A DNA stretch of 32,000 nucleotides from an uncultured Actinomycetes bacterium (lineage in GTDB: Bacteria > Actinomycetota > Actinomycetes > S36-B12 > CAIYMF01): contig CAWJMG010000001.1 of NCBI GenBank assembly GCA_963843975.1, forward strand, positions 270,001 to 302,000, in the 5' to 3' direction. The notes beneath the pieces are model-generated. The model ran no database searches. It was given only the letters and a program-made list of their open reading frames with translations, and had not been told where the DNA came from. Below, in pieces: positions 1 through 9,100 of the stretch. Position 1 is the first letter of the stretch, and each line of letters starts with the position of its first letter. A program made the position numbers and the translations under genes.

Positions 1-356
1 TTCTTCTGGTTCGGCGGGTTGGTGAAGAGCTCGTGCCAGGTGAGCGTGCCGACATAGCCTGCCGCGCGCAGGTGCCGGGCCTTCTGGAACCGCTTGACGA
101 GCTTCACCGTCACCGGCCCGTAGCGGCCGGTCTGCTTCACGCCGATGCGGTCCTGCAGCATCTTCACCGCGCCGCCGCGCGCACCGGGCTCGAGCACCGG
201 CATCTGCCACCACTGCATCGACGTGGCCGTCGGGACGACGACGCGGGCGGGCTGCACCGGTGCGGCGCCGGCGGCGGGCGCCGCCCCCAGGGCGCCGACG
301 AGCAGCGCGGCACCGACGGCGGAGGACGTGAGGAACGGGTGGCGGGCGACAGGCAC
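1..356 (-). CDS. Secreted peptidoglycan-binding-domain protein (partial; C-terminus lies left of the window)
   Basis: Not in the ORF track because it is truncated at the edge. The reverse strand from GTG at 356 reads VPVARHPFLTSSAVGAALLVGALGAAPAAGAAPVQPARVVVPTATSMQWWQMPVLEPGARGGAVKMLQDRIGVKQTGRYGPVTVKLVKRFQKARHLRAAGYVGTLTWHELF... This is a signal-peptide-like N-terminus followed by a PG_binding_1-like pattern (G..V..LQ..L...G.YG..T...V..FQ......G.VG..TW..L). GGAGG lies 8 nt upstream of the GTG. Confidence 0.6.
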   Translation of the reverse strand, partial: MPVARHPFLTSSAVGAALLVGALGAAPAAGAAPVQPARVVVPTATSMQWWQMPVLEPGARGGAVKMLQDRIGVKQTGRYGPVTVKLVKRFQKARHLRAAGYVGTLTWHELFTNPPNQK

Positions 357-535
357 GGGCGAGACCTCCGGGACGGTGGGGCGCGGGCGTAGGCGCGGAC
401 GCTGCCACGGTCGCCGTACGCCCACCACCCCCCGCGCAGGTAACGGACACCGTGTCCGCACACCGCGCACGCGCTGCTCCGCGCCCCGCACGGAGGCAGC
501 GGGCGGCGTCCGGATCGGGGAGGCATGATGACGAC

Positions 536-1381
536 GTGACGCCCGATGCCCGCGACCTCGCGCCGCTCGCCGATCTCGTCGCCGGCGGCGGGGTCGTCGC
601 GCTCACCGGCGCCGGCATCTCGACCGAGTCGGGCATCCCCGACTACCGCGGCCCGTCCGGTGCCTCGCTGCGCCGGCACTCGCCCATGACCTACCAGCTC
701 TTCACCGGCGATCCCGTCGCACGGCGCCGCTACTGGGCGCGCAGCCACGTCGGCTGGCGGATCATGCGCGAGGCGCAGCCGAACGACGGCCACCGCGCGG
801 TCGCCGAGCTCGAGCGCCTCGGCCTCGTGCTCGGCACCATCACGCAGAACGTCGACGGGCTCCACCAGGCAGCCGGGGCGCAGCGCGTGGTCGACCTCCA
901 CGGCCGGCTCGACCGCGTGGTGTGCCTCGACTGCGGCACGGCGACGACGCGCGCGGACCTCGACGCGCGGCTGTCCACCGTCAACCTCGACTGGAGGGCG
1001 ACAGTCACCGCGGTCAACCCCGACGGCGACGTCGACCTCCCCGACGACCAGCTCGACGCGTTCACCGTCGTCGACTGCGAGGCCTGCGGCGGGGTGCTCA
1101 AGCCCGACGTCGTCTACTTCGGCGAGAACGTCCCGGCCACCCGGCTGGCCGAGACGTACGAGCTGGCGGACGGCGCGCGGGCTCTGCTCGTGCTCGGCTC
1201 GTCCCTCACCGTCTTCTCCGGCCGCCGGTTCGTCGTGCGGGCGGACAAGGCCGGAGTGCCCGTGGCGATCGTGAACGACGGCCCGACGCGCGGCGACGAC
1301 GTCGCGGCCGTGCGCCTCGGCACCCCGCTCGGCGCCACCCTCCGCACGCTCGTCGAGTCGCTCAGCACTTCGACGGTCTGA
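536..1381 (+). CDS. cobB: NAD-dependent protein deacylase, Sir2 (sirtuin/CobB) family
   Basis: ORF 452..1381. Motifs: GAGISTESGIPDYRG, TQNVDGLH, catalytic His in VDLHGRLD, and Zn-ribbon cysteines CLDCG...CEACGG. I prefer the GTG at 536 (VTPDARDL...), which has GGGGAGG about 13 nt upstream. The Arg-rich extension from 452 looks non-coding. Confidence 0.88.
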   Translation: MTPDARDLAPLADLVAGGGVVALTGAGISTESGIPDYRGPSGASLRRHSPMTYQLFTGDPVARRRYWARSHVGWRIMREAQPNDGHRAVAELERLGLVLGTITQNVDGLHQAAGAQRVVDLHGRLDRVVCLDCGTATTRADLDARLSTVNLDWRATVTAVNPDGDVDLPDDQLDAFTVVDCEACGGVLKPDVVYFGENVPATRLAETYELADGARALLVLGSSLTVFSGRRFVVRADKAGVPVAIVNDGPTRGDDVAAVRLGTPLGATLRTLVESLSTSTV

Positions 1382-1442
1382 CCGCCGCGCCCGCGGGGCT
1401 GCGTGAAACACTCGCGCACGTCGACGTGCGAGGAGGTGTGCG

Positions 1443-3470
1443 ATGCGGATCCCGCAGCCGAGGCTGACCCAGGCCCGGCGGGCAGGCCTGCTCGCCGCCG
1501 TCGCCGTCTATCCCCTCTCCCGGCTCGCGGGCACGCTGCCGCGGCCCGCGCTCGACCGGGCGGTGGTCTCGGGCGTCACGATGGCCACCGCCTACCAGGC
1601 CGCAGCGGCGTCCGCCGGCGCCATCCGCGGGGCCGCCGGAGTCGGTACGTCGAACCCGCGCACCCGCGCCGCCAGCACTGCCGGCGCCGCGCTCTCGCTC
1701 ACCGTCTTCGCCGCCCTCGTCGCGCAGCGCGCCCGACGCGAGGCGCGACGCCTCGCCCTGGCGGGTGTGCGGCTCCCGGTGCCCGCCGCAGCGCTGGGCT
1801 CCGGCGCCGAGCTCGTGATGGTCGGGACCGGCGCGGCCATGCTCGTGGCGCTCGCGGACACCGTCGGCATGACGCTGCCCGAGCCGCTGCGCCCCACCCA
1901 CCCGGTGGTCGTCACGGCCGGACTCGTCGCGGTGGGCGGCGCACTGGGCGCGGCTGCGCGCCACCCGCGGCTGCTGTCGCACCTGCAGGTCGAGGCGTCG
2001 GACGGCGGCCCGGTCGAGGTGCCCGCGTTCCAGGAGGGCGCCACCCTGCCCGTCGCCATCGCGCGCTCGGCCGGCGTCGCCGGCGCGGCGGTGCTCGTGC
2101 TGGCGCTGGAGAACAAGGCCGCCGAGCAGATCGCCGGCCTGCTCGGCGGCGACGAGCCCCCGATCCTCGCCCGCGCGGCCGGGCACAGCGTCATCGCACT
2201 CGGAGTCGGGGCCGCCGGCCTGGCGGGCTTCTCGTTCTACTCCTCGCGCGTCGTGGTCGAGGAGCGGCTGCTCGAGGCCGCCTACGCCGCGGTCCCTGCG
2301 CGGCACGGCGTGAGCGGCGGGCCCGACTCCGACTTCGAGTTCGAGGACCTCGGCCGCGAGGGGCGCCGATTCGTCTCGCAGGCGCACACAGCCGAGGAGC
2401 TCATCGCCGTCCTCGCCGAGGCGGCCACCGACCCCGTGCGCGCGTTCGTGCCGCTGTCGGCGCTGAGCGACGACGTCGAGGCCGATGCCGCGGCCGTGGT
2501 GGCCGAGCTCGAACGCCTCGGCGGGTTCGCCAAGGGCTGCATCGTGCTGTCGGCACCGACCGGCGACGGCTACGTCTCCTACGTGCACACCGAGACGGTC
2601 GAGATGCTGACGGGCGGCGACTGCGCGACCGTCGCCGTCGCGTACGCCAACGTGCCCTCGGCCATCGCCTTCCCGCGGCGCCACCGCGCGGCGACGGCGT
2701 ACGCCGCCTACGCGCGGGCGATCGCCGACCGCGCCCGCGAGCTCGGCTCGGACGCCCGCCTGTTCACCTTCGGCGAGTCGCTCGGCTCGATCGTGGCGCT
2801 CGACGCGTTCGGGCCCGACATCGTCATGGAGCTCGAGGAGACGGGCTTCGACGGCGGCCTGTACGTCGGCGTCCCGATCTTCAGCCGCACCGACCAGGCG
2901 CTGCGCCCGGACCACCCCCGCAAGCGCCAGCAGGGCGGGCTGCAGTACGTCAACACCCGCGAGCAGGCGCTTGCGGCGCATCCGGGCCACGTCAACCTCT
3001 CGCACCCGACCGACCCCGTGGCCGTGGCAGACCCGAGCGTCGTCGTGCGCCACCACGTCGACTACTGGGGCAGGCCCTTCGGCGTGCACGTGCCGATCGT
3101 GTCGTTCCTCGTGCACCTCTTCGACGTCAAGAACGCCATGAACCTCCGGCCTGGCGAGTTCACGCCCTCGCCGGGGCACGACTACCGCTACGAGACCGCG
3201 GCCGCCGTCGCGCGCGCGTACGCCCTGCCGTTCGAGCAGGAGGAGGTCGTCGAGGCGGCCCTGCGCGAGCGCGAGCTGGCGTGGTCGGTGAAGCGCCTGC
3301 TGTCCAAGCAGATCGCGGCCGCACGCGACGGCGCGGTGTCCAAGCTGAAGAGCTGGGGAGTCGACCCGGCCGAGCTGTCGAGCCGCTTCAACATCCCGGA
3401 GTCGTCGCTGCCGACGTGGCTGCTCGGCGACCCGCATGCGATGACCGACGACGACCTGCCGCAGATCTAG
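1443..3470 (+). CDS. Membrane-anchored alpha/beta-hydrolase family protein (Abhydrolase_9-like architecture)
   Basis: 675-aa ORF. The N-terminal ~270 aa has several hydrophobic helices. The C-terminal domain has a nucleophile elbow, GESLGS. GAGGAGG lies about 8 nt upstream of the ATG. High GC3. Confidence 0.8.
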   Translation: MRIPQPRLTQARRAGLLAAVAVYPLSRLAGTLPRPALDRAVVSGVTMATAYQAAAASAGAIRGAAGVGTSNPRTRAASTAGAALSLTVFAALVAQRARREARRLALAGVRLPVPAAALGSGAELVMVGTGAAMLVALADTVGMTLPEPLRPTHPVVVTAGLVAVGGALGAAARHPRLLSHLQVEASDGGPVEVPAFQEGATLPVAIARSAGVAGAAVLVLALENKAAEQIAGLLGGDEPPILARAAGHSVIALGVGAAGLAGFSFYSSRVVVEERLLEAAYAAVPARHGVSGGPDSDFEFEDLGREGRRFVSQAHTAEELIAVLAEAATDPVRAFVPLSALSDDVEADAAAVVAELERLGGFAKGCIVLSAPTGDGYVSYVHTETVEMLTGGDCATVAVAYANVPSAIAFPRRHRAATAYAAYARAIADRARELGSDARLFTFGESLGSIVALDAFGPDIVMELEETGFDGGLYVGVPIFSRTDQALRPDHPRKRQQGGLQYVNTREQALAAHPGHVNLSHPTDPVAVADPSVVVRHHVDYWGRPFGVHVPIVSFLVHLFDVKNAMNLRPGEFTPSPGHDYRYETAAAVARAYALPFEQEEVVEAALRERELAWSVKRLLSKQIAAARDGAVSKLKSWGVDPAELSSRFNIPESSLPTWLLGDPHAMTDDDLPQI

Positions 3471-3527
3471 TCCGGCGTCCGAGCGGGTGCCCGTGCCGAT
3501 CCGGCCGAGGCGACGCATACTGCTGCG

Positions 3528-4625
3528 ATGGGGCTGGGGAACCGCGCGCTCGCAGCGGTCGTCGTGGTGACGGCGCTGGCGCTGTCGGGCTGCACCGCGA
3601 CACCCGAGAGCCCCAGCGTCGTCGGGACGCCGACGACCTCGTCCCCTGCGCCGTCCGCTAGCCCCACCTCGGCGGCGCCGACGGCTAGCGCACCGGCCAC
3701 GCCCGAGGCCTCGCCGTCCGCGTCGGACGACGGCCTCCCGCCGGTGACCGACCCCGTGTCGTTGCCGGCGCTCATGCGCGAGGACGTGACGGGCACCGAT
3801 CTGAAGCTCGGCGCGGTGCTCGGCCGCTTCGGCGCCTACACGCGGTACGCCGTCAGCTACCGGGCCGACGACCTCACCATCACCGGGATCATGAACGTGC
3901 CTGCGGGCAAGGGCCCGTTCCCCGTCGTCGTCCTGCTGCACGGCCACATCGACCCCGCCATCTACGTGACCGGCCAGGGCTACCGCCGAGAGCAGGACTC
4001 GCTCGCCCGCAACGGGTACGTCGCCCTCCACGTCGACTACCGCAACCACGCCGGCTCGAGCGACGACCCGCGCAACGACGTCGACCTGCGCCTCGGCTAC
4101 GCGCGCGACACGATCGCGGCGGTCGAGGCGGTGAAGGCCTCTGACCTTCCGTTCCTGGACGGCGAGCGGATCGGCATGATCGGCCGGTCGATGGGCGGGC
4201 AGGTCGCCTTCAACGCGCTCGTTGCCAGGCCCGGCCTCGTGGACGCCGCCGTCACGTACGCGTCGGTCAGCACCGACGCCGTCGACAACTACGAGCGCTG
4301 GATCCGCTTCGCCGACGGCCGCCGCGAGCTCGCCGCCGCGATCGAGAAGGCGCACGGCTCGCCGGAGGACGACCCCGAGTTCTGGCGCGGGGTGTCGGCC
4401 CGGAACTACTTCGACCGCATCACGACGCCGGTGATGGTGCACCACGGCACGGCGGACGACACGTGCCCCATCGCGTGGTCGCGGGCGACGATCCGCGCCC
4501 TGCGGGCGGCAGGCGTCGACGTGACGTACCACGAGTACCCGGGCGAGAACCACTACATGTACGCGGCCTGGGCGCCGTCCTTCCAGCGGACGCTGGTGTT
4601 CCTGAAGGAGCATCTGACCGCCTGA
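3528..4625 (+). CDS. Lipoprotein, S9 prolyl-oligopeptidase / dienelactone-hydrolase-like alpha/beta hydrolase
   Basis: 365-aa ORF. Lipobox LALSGC follows a hydrophobic signal. An Ala/Pro/Ser/Thr linker comes next, then a hydrolase core with GRSMGG (GxSxG) and a C-terminal HHGTADDTCP / ENH region. Confidence 0.8.
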   Translation: MGLGNRALAAVVVVTALALSGCTATPESPSVVGTPTTSSPAPSASPTSAAPTASAPATPEASPSASDDGLPPVTDPVSLPALMREDVTGTDLKLGAVLGRFGAYTRYAVSYRADDLTITGIMNVPAGKGPFPVVVLLHGHIDPAIYVTGQGYRREQDSLARNGYVALHVDYRNHAGSSDDPRNDVDLRLGYARDTIAAVEAVKASDLPFLDGERIGMIGRSMGGQVAFNALVARPGLVDAAVTYASVSTDAVDNYERWIRFADGRRELAAAIEKAHGSPEDDPEFWRGVSARNYFDRITTPVMVHHGTADDTCPIAWSRATIRALRAAGVDVTYHEYPGENHYMYAAWAPSFQRTLVFLKEHLTA

Positions 4626-4684
4626 TCGGCACCGAATGTGTCTCGGAGGTGTCAGGTTGACGCTCAACGTGGGACGATTCGGAC

Positions 4685-4912
4685 ATGACGACCCCCTCGG
4701 AGCGCAACGGCATCCGGAACGGGGTACGCCGACCGGCGATCCCGGTCCCCGAACCCCACGACTGGGCGGACGGCGAGCGCTGCACGCACGACTCCCACGG
4801 GCTCGGAAAGATCGTGCGCGTCGAGACCTACACCGTGCTCGTCGACTTCGGCGAGGGCGACAACGCGGTACGCCGCGTGAAGCGCAGCGACGACCGCCTC
4901 AAGCCTCTGTAG
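4685..4912 (+). CDS. Small conserved hypothetical protein (75 aa; possibly DUF3553-like)
   Basis: High-GC3 ORF in the same orientation as its neighbours. The core ERCTHDSHGLGKIVRVETYTVLVDFGEGDNAVRRV resembles the small beta-barrel '...V.H..fG.G.V......v.V.F' pattern. The family assignment is from memory only. Confidence 0.6.
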   Translation: MTTPSERNGIRNGVRRPAIPVPEPHDWADGERCTHDSHGLGKIVRVETYTVLVDFGEGDNAVRRVKRSDDRLKPL

Positions 4913-4989
4913 GCCCACCGGAGGTCAACGCTCGGCAAACGGCGGCGCGCGCCGCGAGTCGACCCGTGGCCGTGGTGCAGAGTGTGGGT

Positions 4990-6298
4990 GTGAGCCGTCG
5001 AGCAGTGCCCCTGCGCACGACGGTGCTCCGCTCCCTCCTCACCGTCACCGCGATCGCCGTCATCACCCTCGCGGTCCCGCTCGCCTGGTACATGTGGACC
5101 TCGAACGAGACCGCGGTCGTGGCCGAGCTCGAGCAGGAGGCCACGCGCGTCGTGGCCCTCACGCCTGAGGGTGCCTCCGAGCTTCCGGCTCCCCTGAACC
5201 CCGACGTCGTGCTCGGCCTGTACGCCAGCGACGGCCTCAAGATCGCCGGGGCGGGTCCCCGCCGCGACAACGACGCCGCAGGCGCGCTCGAGGCGGGCAG
5301 CACGCGCGTCAAGCACGAGGACGGCTACCTCGCGGTCTACGTCCCCTTCGCCCCCGAGGGCGAGAAGCAGGTCACCGTCCGCGCGGCGATGCCCGAGAGC
5401 GTCCCGCAGTCACGCACCTACCGGGCCTGGAGCCTGCTGCTGCTCGCGGTGCTCGTCGCCTTCGCCGTGAGCGCGCTCGTCGCGCTGCGGCGCAGCCGCC
5501 AGCTGGCGCTCCCGTTCGAGCGGATCGCCGACGCCGCGCGCGAGCTGCGCGACGGCTCGCTCGCCGTACGCGTGGGGCCGACGGGGATCGCCGAGGGCGA
5601 CGAGGTCGGTCGCGTTCTCGAGGACGCCGCCGTGGCGGCGGCCGAGCGCATCCACCAGGAGCGCGAAGCTCTCGCAGGACGCCAACCACCAGGTGCGGAC
5701 GCCCGTCGCGGCCGCGCGGCTCACGCTCGAGGCCGCGCTGTCGATGGAGGGCAGCAACCTCGAGCTCGCAGCCACCGAGGCCGTCGCACAGCTCGACCGT
5801 GCGTCGAACGCGATCGACGAGGTCCTCGCCCTGCGGCGCGAGGACGCCGTCGTCCGCGCCGAGCCGGCAGCCGACGCGCTCGACGACGCGATCTCGCGGT
5901 GGGCGCCGGTCGCGCGCCACCAGGGCCGCGACCTCGTCGTGCACCTCGACCCTTCAGCGGGAGCGCTGCCGGTCGCCGGAGCCGTGCTGCGCCAGGTGCT
6001 CGACGTCCTGTTCGACAACGCACTGCGGCACGGCCAGGGCGTCGTGACCCTCGCCGTCCGCGAGGCCGCGGACTCCGTCGTGGTCGACGTGTCCGACGAG
6101 GGGTCGCTGCCCGCGGACGTCCTCGGATCGGACCCGTTCGCCCGCGGCACCACCACCCGCGAGCCAGGTGCACCGGGCGGGTTCGGCCTCCCGCTCGCCC
6201 GCTCCCTCGCCGAGCGGGTCGGCGGCCGCCTCGTGCTGGCGACCTCGAGCCCCACGCGCTTCACCCTGCTGCTGAATGCGGAGCTGCCCCATGAGTGA
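4990..6298 (+). pseudogene. Two-component sensor histidine kinase, interrupted by a +1 frame change just upstream of the H-box
   Basis: The N-terminal part (two TM helices, a periplasmic loop and a HAMP-like segment ending ...AAAERIHQERE) is in the frame of ORF 4636..6294. The H-box and ATPase are in the frame of ORF 5693..6298: (L)SQDANHQVRTPVAAARL, N-box DNALRHG, DEG, GGFGLPLARSLAE. The switch is at about 5665-5670. The start is uncertain (GTG candidates from 4966 to 4990). Confidence 0.8.
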
Positions 6299-6977
6299 AC
6301 GGATCTGGCTGGTCGAGGACGACGACGCGCTCGCGCTCCCGCTCGTCGCGGCGCTGAAGTCCGCCGGGCTCGACGTGCTACGCACGGCCGACGTCGCCGA
6401 GACCCTCGCTCTCGCGAACAGCAGCCAGTCGCCCGACCTCGTCCTGCTCGACCTCGGGCTGCCCGACGGCGACGGAATCGATCTCGCACGCCGGTTGCGC
6501 CTCATCGCGCCGAACACCGTCATCGTCGTGCTGACCGCACGCACCCAGGAGTCCGACGTCATCGTGGCGCTCGACGCCGGCGCCGACGACTACCTCACCA
6601 AGCCGTACCGGCTGGCGGAGATCCAGGCGCGCATCCGCGCGCACCTGCGCCGGCAGGGCGACCTGCGCGACGGATCGGCCGTGGTCGAGGCCTCGGGTGT
6701 GAAGGTCGACATGGCCGCGCGCATCGCCGAGGTGAACGGCGTACCGCTCACCCTGCGCGCCAAGGAGTTCGAGCTGCTGGCCGATCTCGTCGGGCACGCG
6801 GGCGAGGCCGTGCGCCGCGAGGACCTCATGAGCCGCGTGTGGGACCAGCACTGGGACGGCCCGACGAAGACCCTCGACATGCATGTGTCGTGGCTGCGCC
6901 GCAAGCTCGCCGACGCCGGGTGCGCGGACGTGCTGACGACCGTGCGCGGAGTCGGCTATCGCTTCGAGCGCCGCTGA
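6291..6977 (+). CDS. OmpR/PhoB-family response regulator
   Basis: MSERIWLVEDDD..., phospho-acceptor context LVLLDLGLPDGDG, TKPY, and a winged-helix C-terminus (LTLRAKEFELL...VRGVGYRFE). The ATG at 6291 overlaps the kinase stop codon (6296-6298). Confidence 0.92.
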   Translation: MSERIWLVEDDDALALPLVAALKSAGLDVLRTADVAETLALANSSQSPDLVLLDLGLPDGDGIDLARRLRLIAPNTVIVVLTARTQESDVIVALDAGADDYLTKPYRLAEIQARIRAHLRRQGDLRDGSAVVEASGVKVDMAARIAEVNGVPLTLRAKEFELLADLVGHAGEAVRREDLMSRVWDQHWDGPTKTLDMHVSWLRRKLADAGCADVLTTVRGVGYRFERR

Positions 6978-6987
6978 CGCGACGCCG

Positions 6988-7006
6988 CACCCGCACTCAG
7001 CGGGTG
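6988..7006. terminator. Short hairpin between convergent genes (possible bidirectional terminator)
   Basis: CACCCGC-ACTCA-GCGGGTG: a 7-bp perfect stem with a 5-nt loop. It spans the ferredoxin stop codon, 10 nt after the response-regulator stop. The stem is weak and there is no U-tract. Confidence 0.3.
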
Positions 7007-7209
7007 GCGACCTTGACCAGGGTGAGCGCCAGCCGCGGGCAGGCTGCGACGGCCCGCTTGGCGTGCTTTCGGTCGTCGCCGTGCATGACCTCGGCGTCGA
7101 TGATCGGGTAGCCCCACTCGTCGAGGTGGATGCGCTCGGGCAGCAGCTGGGCGCAGGTGCCGAAGCCGTCGCACTTGATGCGGTCGACCGTGATGACCTT
7201 GCCGCTCAT
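6997..7209 (-). CDS. Small ferredoxin (single Fe-S cluster type)
   Basis: The last 70 aa of ORF 6997..7572: MSGKVITVDRIKCDGFGTCAQLLPERIHLDEWGYPIIDAEV...AVAACPRLAL. The CxxGxC...CP pattern is typical of actinobacterial 3Fe/4Fe ferredoxins. The ATG at 7209 overlaps the upstream stop (ATGA). Confidence 0.8.
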   Translation of the reverse strand: MSGKVITVDRIKCDGFGTCAQLLPERIHLDEWGYPIIDAEVMHGDDRKHAKRAVAACPRLALTLVKVATR

Positions 7210-8543
7210 CGCCACTCCTCCCCCGGGCGCTCGACCGGGATCGCGGTGACCCCGCTCGGGATGGGCATCAGGGGCGCGCGCTGCGTGCCGGTGCACTGGC
7301 CGGACAGGTGGGCCACGACCTCCGCCTCGTGCACCGTCAGCGCCGTGGCCGCGAAGCGCACGACGCCGTCGGGGTGACGGCACGCGCCGCGGCCGGGGAT
7401 GATGCCGAGTCGCTGCTCGAGCAGCCGCACGTCGGCGGACGACGTACGACGCGTCGCGAGGCGGTCGAGGCCCTCGGAGACCGAGGCGAGGCCGAAGCGG
7501 CAGGGGCCGCACTGGCCGGCGCTCTCCCCCGCCATCCAGCGGGCGACGCGGGCGGTCTCGACGAGGGCGCACGTGTCGGTGGGCACCGCGATGAGAACGC
7601 CGGCGCCGGGGACGCCGCCGACGGGGCGCAGCCCCTCGACCGTCCAGGGCAGGTCGATGGCGTCGGCCGCGGCCACCCAGGAGCCGCCGTACCCGCCGGT
7701 GACGAACGAGCGCACCGAGGTGGTCGTGCCGCCCGCGAGGCCGAGGATCGTGCGGATGGTCGTGCCGGTCGGCACCTCGAGGACGCCTGGCTTCGCGACC
7801 GCGCCGGACACGGAGACGAGCAGGGTGCCGGGGGCCGACGGGTCGCCGACGCTGCGGAACCAGTGCGAGCCGTGGCGGGCGATGAGCGCGATGTGCACAT
7901 AGGTCTCGGCGTTCGACAGCAGCGTGGGGCGGCGGCGTACGCCGGACTCGAACACGCGCGGCGGCACGGTGACCGGCAGCGCGATGCCGTCGCCGACGAA
8001 GTGCGCGAGCGCGCTCTCCTCGCTGGAGACGTAGCGGCCGGGTGCATCGAGCACCGTGATGGCGACGGCGTCGGTGCCGGCCGCGGCGCGCTGTGCCGCA
8101 GCGCGCGCGAGGGCGGTGTGGGTCCGTCCGCCGCGGTGCGCGACGACGGTGATGGTCTTGGCGCCGACGGCCTCGGCCGCGAGCACGGCGCCGTCGAGGA
8201 TCAGGTGCGGGTTGTACTGCGCGAGCGTGGCGTCCTTCGACGCCGCGGGCTCGCCCTCCATCGCGTTGACGACGACGACCGCGTCCTTGCCGTTGTGCTT
8301 GGCAGCGCCGACGACGGCGCGCATCTTGCGCCCGGTCGGGAACCAGCCGCCACCGCGGCCCGTGAGCCCGGCGTCCTCGATGTCGGTCACGAGGTCGCTC
8401 GCGTGCCCGCGACGGCTGCGACCGCGCGTCGGGTTGGTGCCGTGCACCTCGAGGTGGCGGCGGAGGTCGACCCCCACCTTCTCGCCGAGCAGGCGCAGCT
8501 CGCCGAGGGCGGCGCTGGGCGCGGCCTGGTGCAGGGCGCTCAT
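7206..8543 (-). CDS. NuoF-like NADH-binding flavoprotein with a C-terminal 4Fe-4S-binding region
   Basis: 445-aa ORF. GRGGGWFPTGRKM matches the NuoF GRGGAGFPTG.KW FMN/NADH site. NAMEGEPAASKD is present. The C-terminal ESAGQCGPCRFGL matches the NuoF ESCGqCtPCReG cluster motif. Confidence 0.85.
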   Translation of the reverse strand: MSALHQAAPSAALGELRLLGEKVGVDLRRHLEVHGTNPTRGRSRRGHASDLVTDIEDAGLTGRGGGWFPTGRKMRAVVGAAKHNGKDAVVVVNAMEGEPAASKDATLAQYNPHLILDGAVLAAEAVGAKTITVVAHRGGRTHTALARAAAQRAAAGTDAVAITVLDAPGRYVSSEESALAHFVGDGIALPVTVPPRVFESGVRRRPTLLSNAETYVHIALIARHGSHWFRSVGDPSAPGTLLVSVSGAVAKPGVLEVPTGTTIRTILGLAGGTTTSVRSFVTGGYGGSWVAAADAIDLPWTVEGLRPVGGVPGAGVLIAVPTDTCALVETARVARWMAGESAGQCGPCRFGLASVSEGLDRLATRRTSSADVRLLEQRLGIIPGRGACRHPDGVVRFAATALTVHEAEVVAHLSGQCTGTQRAPLMPIPSGVTAIPVERPGEEWR

Positions 8544-9100
8544 CGCCGTGCCTGCGTCTCCACGAGGGTGACTCCCGGGTCGTCGGAGCGGTCAGGGGTG
8601 AAGAAGCGGGCGACGAACGCGAGCGCGACGGTGGTGACCATCGTGATCGCGACGAGCCGGGTGAGGGTCTTGTCGGTGCCGACGCCGAGCGAGTGCACGA
8701 TGGCCGAGGCCCAGAGCGCGTACGCCGTCCAGTGGATCGCCTTCCACGCGCGCTGCGGCATGCGGTGGCGCAGGAGGCTCGTGATGATCACGGCGATGAG
8801 CAGGTCGAGGGCGACGGTGCCGAGTCCGACCCACAACGTCTGGTACGACGTCTGGCCCGGGAGGAACACGTCGACCCAGCTGATCGGCACGTAGCCGTCG
8901 ATCACGGTCGTCGCGATGTGCACGACGAGGAACACGACGGACAGCAGCGAGACGTTGCGGTGCACGAGGGTCACGACCGATTCCGGCCAGCGCTCGTGGG
9001 CCCAGCCCTTGGTCGTCGCGATGCCGAGCACCGTGACGACCGTCAGGAGGACGAGGGCGACCTCGCCTGTCGCGCGGGTCGCAAGCCAGAACACGCTCAT
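8540..9100 (-). CDS. Ferric-reductase-like (MsrQ/NOX-type) transmembrane domain protein
   Basis: MSVFWLATRATGEVALVLLTVV... 186 aa, about 5-6 TM helices, with conserved His residues in helices (LVHRNVSLL, VVHIATTV, IHWTAYALWASAIVHSLG). ATGA overlaps at both ends. Confidence 0.78.
   Translation of the reverse strand: MSVFWLATRATGEVALVLLTVVTVLGIATTKGWAHERWPESVVTLVHRNVSLLSVVFLVVHIATTVIDGYVPISWVDVFLPGQTSYQTLWVGLGTVALDLLIAVIITSLLRHRMPQRAWKAIHWTAYALWASAIVHSLGVGTDKTLTRLVAITMVTTVALAFVARFFTPDRSDDPGVTLVETQARR

Noticed and set aside
536-1381. Sir2-family gene as a defence-type SIR2 NADase effector
   Set aside because: It has the full canonical sirtuin set: GAGIS, TQNVD, catalytic His and a four-Cys Zn ribbon. 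It is a normal ~280-aa standalone protein with native composition and no HerA, TIR or other partner. This is a housekeeping CobB-type deacylase.
1362-4667. 1101-aa ORF on the minus strand spanning three plus-strand genes
   Set aside because: It is antisense to three well-supported genes (alpha/beta hydrolase, S9-like lipoprotein). The translation is Arg/Gly/Ala/Pro/Val-rich with no recognisable motifs. Stop-free antisense frames are expected at this G+C.
5670-6294. Continuation of the kinase N-terminal frame (ORF 4636..6294) as a real C-terminus
   Set aside because: After ...IHQERE the translation becomes Arg/Pro/Gly/Ala repeats. The +1 frame instead contains a complete H-box and HATPase domain.
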